Counted from the first letter of the stretch, positions 30,333-41,069 are shown. The stretch is DNA of 64,000 bases from Candidatus Babelota bacterium (GCA_965658655.1 CBFHTA010000002.1:160001-224000); one strand, 5' to 3'. The notes: generated from the letters alone by a model not told the origin. Numbers and translations are program-made.

Positions 30333-30513
30333 GCTTATATCCTTGCATTATAACTGATTAAAATATAACCCATAAAGAGGTTCTATACTATCAGAGAACG
30401 GTCTTTTTGTCTCGTTTTTTATTGAATATCCCACCCTCTTGCTTTTTTTTAGCCAATTAGGTAAGTTTGTGAACTTATTTTAGGGCTCATTTATACTTCA
30501 GAGGTTGAAAGCT

Positions 30514-31767
30514 ATGAAAAGAATTTTAACACTAAATAAGCTCATTTTAACTCTCATGGTCATTACTTCACCCCTCTACGCAACCATTAATACTCAAATA
30601 AATAAAACCATAGAACTTCTTAAAGAAACCGACCGTGCTCTTGAAGGCTGGTCAAAATTACAATATAAATGGCTTTGGTCAAAAAAGGACCAAGAGGCAA
30701 CAATAAGCTCATCCTGCCTGAAACTTAAAAGAACTCAGCAGGAGCTCGCTACAACCCTGGCAAGGCTCAATTCTAACCCAGAACAAGACCATAAAGCCGT
30801 TTTAAGAGAAAGCGCTGCTCATATAAAGCAATATGCTCCTCCCTCCTATTTCAGAAGAAATGGGATTCGTTACGCTACTGTAGCAGTAGGTTTAATGGGT
30901 AGTGCCTATTTTCTTTCTAGAAATGGATATGATGACGAAGGGCAACATATAGTAGAAAATTTTTATACGCATCACATTACAGAACCCATAATCAATATGT
31001 ATAACATTCTAACTAATAAAAATGTGAATCCTATAGTTTTAAAACAAGATCCAAAAGCCGCTCTTAAGTATATTGAACGAAAAACTAATCTTGATATTGA
31101 AAACGCAAAACGAGATCCTCGGTTAAAAGAAGTAGCCGCTAGTTGTTTAGATATTACTATTCCTGTAGAAGAAATCCCTCAAAAAGACAAAATTGCTTTC
31201 TCAAAAGCAAAAAGAACCTTTCACACTATTCGCCTTGCTGAACAAGTTGATCAATTTACGTGGATGGATGTGCTTAGCATCAAAATACCCGAAGATTTAA
31301 AGCATACTATTGAAAGTACTAACACAGTAGTCGAATGGGTTGATATAGAAAAAATGTTTCTTGCAAAGAAACTAGAAGAAATATCAAAAAAGCTTAACTT
31401 AACAATTGAATTCTTGGCAGCCACTCCCGCACTCGTTGGGTCGTATTTCTGTTTAAAATCGATAGGAAAATATTTTACCCATTATAAAGTAAATATCAGA
31501 TACAAACCATTAAAAAAAATACTTATTAAGCTACAACTACAACACAATCAAGAGCGATACACAAACCTCCCCTCTCCTGCAGTAAAAGGAATGAACATCT
31601 ATTGGTTGTCACAACTTAAAGAAGCCATACCTCACATTCCTGTAGTTGACCGCACAGCTTATAGCGAGTACCTAGAACGACTCGAAGATAACACATTACA
31701 ACCAAAACAGAAGATAACCATTATTGAAAACATGCTCCGAGATATTTCCTGTTTACAACAAATATAA
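30514..31767 (+). CDS. exported protein resembling eukaryotic NCA2/DGS1 family
   Basis: Signal peptide ending PLYA; PSYFRRNGIRYATVAVGL, FYTHHITEPI, FLAATPAL, NMLRDISCL recall NCA2/DGS1 motifs (recognised by eye). Confidence 0.65.
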   Translation: MKRILTLNKLILTLMVITSPLYATINTQINKTIELLKETDRALEGWSKLQYKWLWSKKDQEATISSSCLKLKRTQQELATTLARLNSNPEQDHKAVLRESAAHIKQYAPPSYFRRNGIRYATVAVGLMGSAYFLSRNGYDDEGQHIVENFYTHHITEPIINMYNILTNKNVNPIVLKQDPKAALKYIERKTNLDIENAKRDPRLKEVAASCLDITIPVEEIPQKDKIAFSKAKRTFHTIRLAEQVDQFTWMDVLSIKIPEDLKHTIESTNTVVEWVDIEKMFLAKKLEEISKKLNLTIEFLAATPALVGSYFCLKSIGKYFTHYKVNIRYKPLKKILIKLQLQHNQERYTNLPSPAVKGMNIYWLSQLKEAIPHIPVVDRTAYSEYLERLEDNTLQPKQKITIIENMLRDISCLQQI

Positions 31768-32343
31768 TTATAAAGCTTTTTTTAGTAATTGCGCAATTGG
31801 TTCATACTTAAGTTGTTTTGCAAGTTCAAAGGCACTCATATGTTGCACTTCCTGTTGATTGTCTAATTTAAATTCACCCTTAGTGTTTTGCTTTGCACCG
31901 CGCTTAAGCAACTCCTGCACACCGCTTTGGTCTGCTTTAGAAACTGCAAGCATTAAAGCTGTATGGCCAGATTCTGTTGTGGTGTTAACATCTGCACCCT
32001 TTTCAATAGCTTCAAATGCCGCTGCTAAATTTTTTGCCTCTAAAGCATCGAGTAAATCTTGTTCCAAAACTAGGTTGTTCAACTTTTGCTTTAATGCTTC
32101 ATCAGTAAAAACCAATGACGTTTTAGCACGTAATAATGTTGCATATAAACGAGGAGACACTTGCTTTGAACGCTCAAAGAGATTGGCTTTTTTGCCTTGA
32201 GGAACAAAGGTAATATAGTTAACAAAATCTGCTCGGCTTGGTGCCTTATCGGCAAGTTTATTAACCTGTCTAATTAAAATTTCTTCTGAACGAGCCTGCA
32301 CACTTACAGAACACACAAAAAATATAAGAAAAAAGCGCTTCAT
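31768..32343 (-). CDS. exported ankyrin-repeat protein
   Basis: Signal peptide ending VQA; KGADVNTTTESGHTALMLAV...LLKRGA. Confidence 0.85.
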   Translation of the reverse strand: MKRFFLIFFVCSVSVQARSEEILIRQVNKLADKAPSRADFVNYITFVPQGKKANLFERSKQVSPRLYATLLRAKTSLVFTDEALKQKLNNLVLEQDLLDALEAKNLAAAFEAIEKGADVNTTTESGHTALMLAVSKADQSGVQELLKRGAKQNTKGEFKLDNQQEVQHMSAFELAKQLKYEPIAQLLKKAL

Positions 32344-32377
32344 AGTACCCTCTTTTAATTATTTACTTATCAGACTC

Positions 32378-32938
32378 TTACTTATCTTTCTTTTTCTTAG
32401 ACTTTTTCTTTTTAGCATCTTTAGCTTTTTTATGATTTGCTTGAAGAACCTTCAAAGACTTTAAAGAAAGACTATTACTCTTTTTAGGAGCCTTCATTAC
32501 ACTATTGGTAACTTTCACTCCAACATCTTTAACAAGTAGATTCACAACTCTAGCTGCTTGCGCGGGAGTCTTAGATTGTAAAGCTCCTATTAAAACACTT
32601 TCTTTACTCTTTTTTGAAACATGTCTCATTAGAATCTTAAGAGTATCTACCTGACCTGCTTGTGCTGCTAGTGTAGCCGCTTTTTTATAGTTTCCTGGAG
32701 TTATTTCACTTCCATAATTTTTAATAAGAGCCGCTAAAACCTGATTGCTGCCTTGTTGAGCTGCATACTCTAAAACTGATTTACCTGCAATTTGCGTCTT
32801 AATGCCGTTGTGAGCATTAAGATATCCTATTACCCCTGTTGGTTGATTTTCTAAAATAGATTGTTCAATCTGCTTCTTAGAAACTGCGTGCACCCCGGTA
32901 CTTAAGACTAGTAAGCTTATTGCTATTATTTTTTTCAT
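32378..32938 (-). CDS. exported degenerate ankyrin-repeat protein with basic tail
   Basis: Signal peptide ending VHA; GKSVLEYAAQQG, LAAQAGQVDTLKIL; KKKKSKKKKDK tail. Confidence 0.75.
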   Translation of the reverse strand: MKKIIAISLLVLSTGVHAVSKKQIEQSILENQPTGVIGYLNAHNGIKTQIAGKSVLEYAAQQGSNQVLAALIKNYGSEITPGNYKKAATLAAQAGQVDTLKILMRHVSKKSKESVLIGALQSKTPAQAARVVNLLVKDVGVKVTNSVMKAPKKSNSLSLKSLKVLQANHKKAKDAKKKKSKKKKDK

Positions 32939-32956
32939 TTTTATTTTCCTCTCTTT

Positions 32957-33466
32957 TTAATTATGAAAGTCATGCTTCCATGCCGTATCAACCATTCTCT
33001 TATGAAATTTTTTAGGTTCATATACCCCTCTACGAGAATAGCATCTGTTATATGTACGCTTATAAGCCTTTATAAGACGTGCAGCTGCTTCAACCGCATT
33101 AAGAGACACATGATTTGTTTTAGTAAGATCTGTACCCACATCAACTAGCCATTGTGTAACTTCTGGTTGTCCATAGCTCACCGCATGCATAAGTGCATTC
33201 TTACCTGTTCTATCATGTGCATTAACAAGCAACAACTTCTCTTCAGGTGTTGCTAAGGAATAATATTTTTCACGCATACCAGCAAGATTCCCTTCTTGAG
33301 CATCTTTAAACCATTTTACCTTTTTGGGGGTAGATTGAGACATCTGCACAACCTCATGCTTTAATTGTGAGTAATAATCAAGCGTTTTAGCTGCACGAAA
33401 ATAAGAAGCCTTTAAACAAGGTCCACCCAAAAAAAGTAATGTTACTAATAACCTCTTCATCTTCAC
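32957..33466 (-). CDS. exported ankyrin-repeat protein
   Basis: Signal peptide ending LKA; VNAHDRTGKNALMHAVSYGQPEVTQWLVDVG. Confidence 0.8.
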   Translation of the reverse strand: MKMKRLLVTLLFLGGPCLKASYFRAAKTLDYYSQLKHEVVQMSQSTPKKVKWFKDAQEGNLAGMREKYYSLATPEEKLLLVNAHDRTGKNALMHAVSYGQPEVTQWLVDVGTDLTKTNHVSLNAVEAAARLIKAYKRTYNRCYSRRGVYEPKKFHKRMVDTAWKHDFHN

Positions 33467-33659
33467 TCCTCAAATTCAATACAAAATTTTTTAAATAAAT
33501 TCTTCCCTTTAGAGTAAGAACGGTGATGGTTTACTGACTTATTTTCAAGAATACCATTCTGTTTTACATCAACCATTCCATTTTCCTTACAGTTGGTTTT
33601 CACGGTTCTTTTTCTCAACTTTCCTTTTTTTAGCAATCATTTTTTCTGTTATATAATTT

Positions 33660-34340
33660 TTATTTGCGCTTGATATAATTTTTAAGAATTTTTATAACTT
33701 CATGCAGTTTACGCATTACTGCTTTATGATTTTTTTCAAACTGCTTCGGAGGGTGACTATTCAAGTCTTTCTCATAAGAAGCCTTAACTGTTTTTAATAG
33801 ATCATGAAAACTTCTATTAACCTTTATTTTTCCACTTTCCAACAACTTTCTTAAAACTTCAGGATGAGCTCCCACGGCGGCTAATGCAAGTGGAGTATAT
33901 CCTTGAGAATTAACTACGTTTACATCCGCACCTTTTTTCAAAAGTAACTTAACAATACTCTTTTGATTATTCATAACAGCCCATAATAATGGTGTCATTT
34001 TATAACTACCCACCACATTTACTGGTTCTTTATCATTGATTAATAATGTTGCAATTTTATTATAAGCTTGAATATCTCTACCTTCAGTAGCGTTCATACA
34101 AGCATAAAGCAAGGCTGTATTACCACTACTATCTTTTAGACCTGGAAAAAAATTTGTTTTTAAAAGCCGCTTAACTTTAGGAACTTTACCTAACATAGCC
34201 GCCTTGATAAGCTTCTTACCGTTCGCTATAGCAACATCTTTTTTAGATTTAATAACATTTTTATTTTTATCTAACAAATCGAATGCACCGGCATTAAAAC
34301 TTACACCACCTAGAACAAACAATAATAATAGTTTTTTCAT
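33660..34340 (-). CDS. exported ankyrin-repeat protein
   Basis: Signal peptide ending AGA; GNTALLYA, MTPLLWAV...LLKKGADVN, GYTPLALAA. Confidence 0.9.
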   Translation of the reverse strand: MKKLLLLFVLGGVSFNAGAFDLLDKNKNVIKSKKDVAIANGKKLIKAAMLGKVPKVKRLLKTNFFPGLKDSSGNTALLYACMNATEGRDIQAYNKIATLLINDKEPVNVVGSYKMTPLLWAVMNNQKSIVKLLLKKGADVNVVNSQGYTPLALAAVGAHPEVLRKLLESGKIKVNRSFHDLLKTVKASYEKDLNSHPPKQFEKNHKAVMRKLHEVIKILKNYIKRK

Positions 34341-34352
34341 TTATCTCTCCAT

Positions 34353-36419
34353 TTAAACTTGATTAATATTAGGGAAATTTTGTAAAATTATTTCTTTTCC
34401 CTCTTCTTCTAAATCTGAAGATTGTAGATAATCAAAAATAAACTGTGCCATTTCTTTATCTTTTTCTACATCTAAAGACTTGATTACTCTCATAATTCCT
34501 AAACTTTTATTTTTTATAAGTTCTTTAAGAATTTCTTGATTTTCATCAAGAGTTATACGTACAACATCCTTTATCAACTTTTCTTGCAAACGCCCCATTC
34601 CCTTTAATCCTAGTTTTTTTCTCATAGATCTTATTTTGTTAAAATCTAAAAATAACATAAGCATGTTAAGATCATTTTTTTTAACAACCTTTCTTATAGA
34701 GCTTGCTGATGGATATACATTGTACAGTAACAATTGCAATACTATATCTTGTTTATCTTGAATGACTGCTTCTTCTAAAATCTCACTTGCTGGACATTTA
34801 GATGCTAGAGCCTGGAGCAAATTCAGATCATCTCTAGAAATTACTTCTGAAACTAAATCAGTACAATCATCATTATTAATAATTAATGATTGTAATACTT
34901 TTGAAGATAAAGCACTTAATACTTTTGCTGGTACATCTATGTTACCCGTCTTAAAAGAAGAACTTTCTAATACTTGTGACAAAAACCTCTCTTTACTCTC
35001 AAAACCCAAACTATTGAACTCTGTATCATCCATTTTTAATGCTTCATTAACTACAGGAACCAAAAAAGCGGTCAAAGAAAAATATGGATTGTTATTTGAA
35101 AAATCAATCATTTTTTTCAAATAAGGTTTAATTTTCTCTATTTCACTAGAGTCTTTTTTGAATCGGATTTTTGAATGCATTGAATCAAAAACCCATTCAG
35201 CATGTATTTCATAATCTTGAGAAGAATCTTTTATACCAACCTCTACAAAAGAACGCATGTTATCTTTTATATCAACCCCTACAAGGTCATCTAATACAGG
35301 TTCTGAAATAAGCTTAAGATCAATTTTACGAACATCAGAAGAAAGATGTTCCCCAAATGATTCAAATGTGTCTGTTTTTAAACCAAATAAATAATTTAAC
35401 ATATCTAATGAATTTTTAGCATTACTTTCTAATTCATATCCATCGTGACAATATTTAATCCCTTTAATACCAGAAACTAAATTCATAAATTCATTTTTTG
35501 CGTTATCATAGTAATTAAAATTATTAAATCTTTTATATTTCTCAATAAATGCTTTTAATTCAAAGTTAATATTAATCCCAGGAGGCAAAAGAGAGATATC
35601 AAGTTCTTTTTTAATAGGATTATATAATAGCATATTAATAAATCCCCATAATGCTTGCTCCACACAAATAGCTACTTTATGATTGTTATAATCTGCATAT
35701 AATTGCTGTCGTGGGATTAATTTTTGATAATAATTCAATTGACTATTAATGAGTAGCGAAACAACTTGCTCTGAATCTGCATTGTCAAATGATAATTGTT
35801 CATCTAATAAGTTAGTTTTCTGAGGTACAATTTCTAAACTAGTTAATCCCTTTATATAATCGGATAAATTTTGTGAATTTTCACTCATTGCCATTGCAAA
35901 CATAGCAAGTATATGATCTCTTTCTTTAGAAGGTATTTTATTTAATAATGCTACAAATTCTCTTATCTTCTTTTTAAAACCCTTAAATTTCAATCCTTTT
36001 TCTTTATGTAGCGCACGCCATTCTTCCCCTATATCAGACGCTAAAAAATCCTCAACATCAATATTTTCAATCTGAGCCTTTACAAATGCACCAAACAATT
36101 TTGGAGTTATAGAATAAAAAGGATTACTTGGTCGAGCTGTCTTTCGTAATCGACTATCCAAACAATTAAAAAGTAAATGTGCTAATCGACCACGATCAGT
36201 TGGGGTATCCCCTTCTCCCTCACTATATATTGCCTTCCCCCATTCACCTTCTAAGCCTATCAATCCTACTAATGGAGAATACATCTTTTTATCATCAGGT
36301 AATGATGTAAATAAATTACCACTATATAAATGACGTTGAGATGCCCAATCAGCTGTTTGCACAGGCAAAACAATTAAAAAAGCCACCAATAAAAAGAAAA
36401 AGCGTTTTGATATTTCCAT
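34353..36419 (-). CDS. large exported protein with conserved Cys/His core and degenerate helical repeats; paralog of 52651..54282
   Basis: ATG 36419 gives a signal peptide ending VQTA; AICVEQALW..INMLLYN, MNLVSGI, YELESN..N.L..LNYLF shared with the paralog. Confidence 0.8.
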   Translation of the reverse strand: MEISKRFFFLLVAFLIVLPVQTADWASQRHLYSGNLFTSLPDDKKMYSPLVGLIGLEGEWGKAIYSEGEGDTPTDRGRLAHLLFNCLDSRLRKTARPSNPFYSITPKLFGAFVKAQIENIDVEDFLASDIGEEWRALHKEKGLKFKGFKKKIREFVALLNKIPSKERDHILAMFAMAMSENSQNLSDYIKGLTSLEIVPQKTNLLDEQLSFDNADSEQVVSLLINSQLNYYQKLIPRQQLYADYNNHKVAICVEQALWGFINMLLYNPIKKELDISLLPPGININFELKAFIEKYKRFNNFNYYDNAKNEFMNLVSGIKGIKYCHDGYELESNAKNSLDMLNYLFGLKTDTFESFGEHLSSDVRKIDLKLISEPVLDDLVGVDIKDNMRSFVEVGIKDSSQDYEIHAEWVFDSMHSKIRFKKDSSEIEKIKPYLKKMIDFSNNNPYFSLTAFLVPVVNEALKMDDTEFNSLGFESKERFLSQVLESSSFKTGNIDVPAKVLSALSSKVLQSLIINNDDCTDLVSEVISRDDLNLLQALASKCPASEILEEAVIQDKQDIVLQLLLYNVYPSASSIRKVVKKNDLNMLMLFLDFNKIRSMRKKLGLKGMGRLQEKLIKDVVRITLDENQEILKELIKNKSLGIMRVIKSLDVEKDKEMAQFIFDYLQSSDLEEEGKEIILQNFPNINQV

Positions 36420-36426
36420 TTTCAAC

Positions 36427-36679
36427 CTACAATTTATTATATTGAACTCCATTATCTTTATAAAATAAACTATAACCAATTCTGGCAATAAAAATCAACG
36501 ATCTTGTATCTCTAAGCTTATTTTGACTCCATTTAAGCCTAATCATTAAAAACAATTTTAGGTTCCACATTTCTTTTACAATTTTTGCCAGTTCTGTGGC
36601 TAATATAAGATTTTCATCAGCACCTATTAGCACTGAACTAAAAGAACAAAGGGGGGAGAAAAGACTTATGGAGCTTCAT
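36427..36679 (-). pseudogene. possible small frameshifted gene remnant
   Basis: ATG 36679 joins ORF 36427..36633 if one C is removed from the C6 run (G6 at 36651-36656 on +). Confidence 0.3.
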
Positions 36680-36724
36680 AAAATGAAATTTGTTAATGTA
36701 AAAAACAGATGTCGTCAATGCACC

Positions 36725-39262
36725 TTACTCTTTAAAACTCCATAACACATCAAACGCTTTTTTAGGTGATAGGTTTTCAAAATCAAGTGATTTTAATTTC
36801 TCTAATTGTTCTTTTACTGCAGCAAGTTCTGTACGCAACACTGTTAGTTCTTGGTTTGATTCTTTTTGCACAGGAATAAATGTCGATTGTTGCAGGGAAA
36901 GTTCTTGAACCACCTGACGGGCACGGGTAATAACCGCTTCTGGCAAGTGTGCCAAGTGAGCAACATCTAAACCAAAGCTACCGTTGGCAACACCACGTTC
37001 TATTTTATGCAAAAACACAATACCATCGTTAGTCTTTTTACTTGCGGCGTAATAACTTGCAATACCATTAAATTTTTCTGGCAGCGTTGTTAGTTCATGA
37101 TAATGCGTAGCAAACAAACAGCGAGCTTTTACCTGTGTATAAAGATATTCAATAACTGCTTGTGCAATAGCAAGGCCATCGAATGTGCTTGTGCCACGAC
37201 CCACTTCGTCTAAAATAACTAAACTATTTTGCGTAGCATACTGACAAATATGTGCGGTTTCTTCCATCTCTACCAAGAACGTACTTTTACCTTCTGCAAC
37301 GTTATCTGAAGCGCCAATACGAGTAAAAATTCTATCCAGTAAAGGTAACTGTGCCGATTCCACAGGAATAAACGATCCACATTGCGCCATAATACTCAGC
37401 TGTGCAACTTGTCGTAAGTAGGTCGATTTACCGCCCATGTTTGGTCCGGTAATTACCCATAGAGATTGCTCATCAGTTAAATCTGTGTTGTTAGGAATAA
37501 AACTTGAGCCTAACTTCTGTTCTATCACCGGATGTTTACCATCAGCAATTTTTATGTCTCGATTACTACTTATTTCTGGACGTGTATACCCACGTTCATA
37601 AGCACATACACCAAACGAAACCAGTGCATCTAATTGCCCAAGCGCATGGGCCAATTTACGTAGTTGAGAAACATGCGGACGAACCTGTTGCTTTACAGTA
37701 TCAAAAAGTTCATGTTCAAGTTGATCGCACTGCGCACGTGCTGTCATAATCTCTTGTTGCAAGGTTTGTAATTGTGGATACGTATACCGTTCTTTTGCAA
37801 CCAATGTTTGCCTGCGAATATACCCTTCTGGAACCAAATGTAAGTTTGGCTTAGTAACTTCTATGTAGTATCCTTGCACATTATTATATCTAATTTTTAA
37901 CGAACTAATTCCTGTTGCTTCTTGCTCTTCTTTTTCAAGTCTTAAAATTGCTTGCTGACTATTATTAACTAGATCCCGATACCTATCTAGTTGCTCATTA
38001 AAGCCTACTTTAATCGTCCAATCTGTTGTGCTATCAGTATTAAGCGCACCACATAAAAACTGGCATAACTCTGTAAACTCTGAACAATGCGAACCAAGTG
38101 TATGTAATAACGCGGCGGTATTAGAAAGTTGTTTTTTAATAGCAGGAATTGCGCAAAGTGTACGTTGCAAATGTACATAATCATGCAACGAACCTCTACC
38201 CAATGCAATACGCCCAATCACTCGCTCTGCGTCTCCAATTGAACGTAATTGTTTATACAGTTCTTGTGTAGTTACATGGTCTGTTTTTAAATACTGCACT
38301 GCATCTAAACGATGCTCTATCATTGTCTTATTGAGCAACGGGCGTACTAACCATTTTTTTAATGTTCGGGAACCCATGGCTGTTGCAGCAGTATCTAACA
38401 ACGCAAACAACGTGTTGCTTCTCCCGCCATCTTGATTGTTTTTAACCAATTCTAGATTACGTTGTGTTGCAAGATCGAGCACCATAAAATCATCCGGCTG
38501 ATACAAATGAAGCTGTGTGAATTCAGACAATGCGGCTTGATTATTTTTCTTTAAATATGCATGGAATGTACTGAGTGCTTTTTCTAGCGCCTTATTAGTA
38601 GTAATACTTTCCTGAACTGTTGACTGAAGCTGCTTTTGTGCCCAATCCTGCATATCATCACTAGGCATCACAGAGCTAACAAAGTACCCCTGTTTTTTAA
38701 ATACCTGAGAAAACATCTTGGTGGTATCATCATCTGGCAATAAAATTTCATCTGGAAAAAAACGTGCAAGCTCAGACTCTAAAACCTTTGAAGAACCCGC
38801 ATCAAAGGTAGTTGCATATAATTGCGCAGTTAAAAGTTCACCAAACAAAAGTGCCCATTTATTTTGTACTGCTACAAAAGACATTACATAGGACGCAGAT
38901 TTATCGTCAAGCAACTTAGCATCGGTAAGTGTACCAGGAGTCAACACTTGCGTAACACCACGCTTTACAATGGTGCCAGGCTTTGGTGGCTCAAGTTGCT
39001 CACAAATCACCACACAAAAACCACCCTTAACAAGTTTAGTTAAATAATGATCAAGCGCGTGAACAGGAACGCCACATAGTGGAATATCTTCACCCTTCTC
39101 TTTACCGCGCTTAGTTAACGCAATACCAAGAAAAGAAGCTGCGTTTTTAGCGTCATCAAAAAAAAGTTCGAAAAAATCCCCTACTTGGAAAAATATTAAT
39201 GCATCAGGATACTGATCTTTGATTACATGATACTGTTGCATCAATGGAGTAGGTTTCTTCAT
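36725..39262 (-). CDS. mutS: DNA mismatch repair protein MutS
   Basis: TPLMQQY, FQVGDFFELF, TGPNMGGKSTYLRQ, STFLVEM, DEVGRGTST, FATHYHEL. Confidence 0.98.
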   Translation of the reverse strand: MKKPTPLMQQYHVIKDQYPDALIFFQVGDFFELFFDDAKNAASFLGIALTKRGKEKGEDIPLCGVPVHALDHYLTKLVKGGFCVVICEQLEPPKPGTIVKRGVTQVLTPGTLTDAKLLDDKSASYVMSFVAVQNKWALLFGELLTAQLYATTFDAGSSKVLESELARFFPDEILLPDDDTTKMFSQVFKKQGYFVSSVMPSDDMQDWAQKQLQSTVQESITTNKALEKALSTFHAYLKKNNQAALSEFTQLHLYQPDDFMVLDLATQRNLELVKNNQDGGRSNTLFALLDTAATAMGSRTLKKWLVRPLLNKTMIEHRLDAVQYLKTDHVTTQELYKQLRSIGDAERVIGRIALGRGSLHDYVHLQRTLCAIPAIKKQLSNTAALLHTLGSHCSEFTELCQFLCGALNTDSTTDWTIKVGFNEQLDRYRDLVNNSQQAILRLEKEEQEATGISSLKIRYNNVQGYYIEVTKPNLHLVPEGYIRRQTLVAKERYTYPQLQTLQQEIMTARAQCDQLEHELFDTVKQQVRPHVSQLRKLAHALGQLDALVSFGVCAYERGYTRPEISSNRDIKIADGKHPVIEQKLGSSFIPNNTDLTDEQSLWVITGPNMGGKSTYLRQVAQLSIMAQCGSFIPVESAQLPLLDRIFTRIGASDNVAEGKSTFLVEMEETAHICQYATQNSLVILDEVGRGTSTFDGLAIAQAVIEYLYTQVKARCLFATHYHELTTLPEKFNGIASYYAASKKTNDGIVFLHKIERGVANGSFGLDVAHLAHLPEAVITRARQVVQELSLQQSTFIPVQKESNQELTVLRTELAAVKEQLEKLKSLDFENLSPKKAFDVLWSFKE

Positions 39263-39277
39263 ACATGTAAAAATACC

Positions 39278-39311
39278 AAAAAAAAAACGGTCCTACAAAT
39301 AAGGACCGTTT
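39278..39311 (-). terminator. rho-independent terminator
   Basis: aacggtcct-acaaata-aggaccgtt stem with a long A-run (U-tail on minus), after 39395..39823. Confidence 0.8.
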
Positions 39312-39394
39312 AAGAAATGTTAAAAATACTTTTACTATCATCTAAACTTTACAATATCCAAAGATTTGCGTGCTCTATCTTCTCTGAATAATAC

Positions 39395-39823
39395 TTAAAT
39401 CTTAGTTGCCGCTTTATGCTCTTGTTCACTACCTGTATCATCACTCAAAAAATGATACGCATCACGTCTTTTTTGTTTGACTGGATCTTCCATAGTTTCA
39501 CAAACTTTTGTGCCAACATCTGACAAAATACCTACACCAGAATTAATTATATGGAAAAAATCATCTCGAGATGGTAAACTATTGGTAATATGTGCTACTG
39601 TCTCTTGAACACCTTCTGGAACTACTGAAAGATCTTCTGAGTTGTTTGCAGTTGGCTTAGATTTTTTAAGTTTGGCTAAAATCTTTACTCCCTGCTCTAT
39701 TTGTTCTGCTGTCGGTAATAGAGATTGTACCACTTTACTATCAAAACCATTCCTTTCCATAGCATCAAGTGAAATACACATCGTTAAAAGAATGAAAACC
39801 ACATTTATTTTGTTCATATTCAT
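39395..39823 (-). CDS. small exported hypothetical protein
   Basis: Signal peptide ending SLDA followed by ME; internal LLPT.EQ/SLPS.DD repeat. Confidence 0.75.
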   Translation of the reverse strand: MNMNKINVVFILLTMCISLDAMERNGFDSKVVQSLLPTAEQIEQGVKILAKLKKSKPTANNSEDLSVVPEGVQETVAHITNSLPSRDDFFHIINSGVGILSDVGTKVCETMEDPVKQKRRDAYHFLSDDTGSEQEHKAATKI

Positions 39824-40184
39824 ATAATGCCCTTCTGGTAATTAAAAACTATTTAGACGTCTATTTATAGGATTTTCTATCTGTAATATACAAATGTTAC
39901 ATTCCCTACTGAATAACGTCAAGTAGTCGATTTTCCAAACTTTATAATAATAAAATTAAAAATTTCTAGACTAAATCACTGTTGTAATTTATTTATTCAG
40001 AAACCAAACAATATTTCTAATACATTTTTTATCGTCATATAAGCAACTTTAGGTACTTCACCAAATCCATGAACGAATCAATTCCACATTCCGTGAACTG
40101 GTGCTATAATAGATATAAATAATAGTGATAAAATAAATTATTGGCATTTATTGTTATAAATAGAATTTAAGTCAAAGGCTCCTA

Positions 40185-40976
40185 ATGAAATTAAACGTAT
40201 TCGTCGCATTAACCGGTTTATGCTCACGCCGTAAGGCTATTGAGCTTATTAAGATGGGTGACATTACCGTAAATCATTGGGATGTCCGTAAACCTTCTTA
40301 TGAAATTCAAGAAAAAGATACCATTAGATATAAGAAAAAAGTACTTAAAATAAGTCCCGACAAGCCTGTGTATATTGCTATGAATAAGCCTGTTGGTGTA
40401 GTTACTACCCTTAAAGACACTCATAATAGACCTACCATCGTAAGCCTATTAGACAAAGAAATTAAAACACGGGTATTTCCTATCGGCCGCTTAGATACTC
40501 ACACCACCGGAATTATTCTTTTGACTAACGATGGAGAACTAGCAAATAAGCTTGCGCATCCAAAGTATAAAGTTAAAAAGGTGTATCAAATTACCCTAGA
40601 CAAAGCTGTAAAAGATTCTGATATTGCCAAGATTAAAAAAGGTATTCGTCTTAAAGATGGTTTAATTAAGCTCGACCACGTTGAGCAAAGCTACAATAAA
40701 GCCAAGGTGAAAGTAACGTTACACAGCGGTAGAACACGCATTGTTCGACGAATTTTTGAATCTTTAGGGTATACCCCTCAAAAGCTTGAACGTATTAATT
40801 TTGCCGGTATTTCTAAGCGCGGTTTAGCTCAAGGTGAATGGCGCGATTTACGACGAGTTGAAATTGTTAAACTTAAAAAAGACAATCCTGTAACAATTGA
40901 ACCGGTCAAAAAAGAAACACCACCTAAAAGAACGTATAAACCTAGAGTTAAAAAACGCTCGGTAATTAAAAAATAA
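40185..40976 (+). CDS. rRNA pseudouridine synthase (RsuA/RluB family)
   Basis: S4 domain (CSRRKA), MNKPVGVVTT, IGRLD catalytic Asp, LLTNDG. Confidence 0.93.
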   Translation: MKLNVFVALTGLCSRRKAIELIKMGDITVNHWDVRKPSYEIQEKDTIRYKKKVLKISPDKPVYIAMNKPVGVVTTLKDTHNRPTIVSLLDKEIKTRVFPIGRLDTHTTGIILLTNDGELANKLAHPKYKVKKVYQITLDKAVKDSDIAKIKKGIRLKDGLIKLDHVEQSYNKAKVKVTLHSGRTRIVRRIFESLGYTPQKLERINFAGISKRGLAQGEWRDLRRVEIVKLKKDNPVTIEPVKKETPPKRTYKPRVKKRSVIKK

Positions 40977-40978
40977 GC
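40860..40978 (+). repeat. pseudouridine synthase 3' tail, copied at 42684-42739
   Basis: 40860-40895 = 42684-42719 (36 bp) and 40959-40978 = 42720-42739 (20 bp), both exact. Confidence 0.95.
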
Positions 40979-41002
40979 CCAAAATTAGCTCTGGGAGAGG
41001 TG

Positions 41003-41030
41003 TTGATAAATTCCTAAAAGGAACTATACT
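41003..41030 (+). promoter_or_regulatory. putative sigma70 promoter
   Basis: TTGATA-16 bp-TATACT upstream of 41070. Confidence 0.45.
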
Positions 41031-41069
41031 TATTTCAATTAGAATTTAAGAAAAATGGAGATTGCGATT

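Noticed and set aside
33460..33640. ~58-codon minus-strand ORF (MIAKKGKLRK...) inside the ankyrin array
   Set aside because: Short, no motif or clear RBS; cannot support
34340..36800. A mutS tail duplication analogous to the uvrA case
   Set aside because: Looked by eye downstream of 34353..36419 and found no copy of the mutS 3' end
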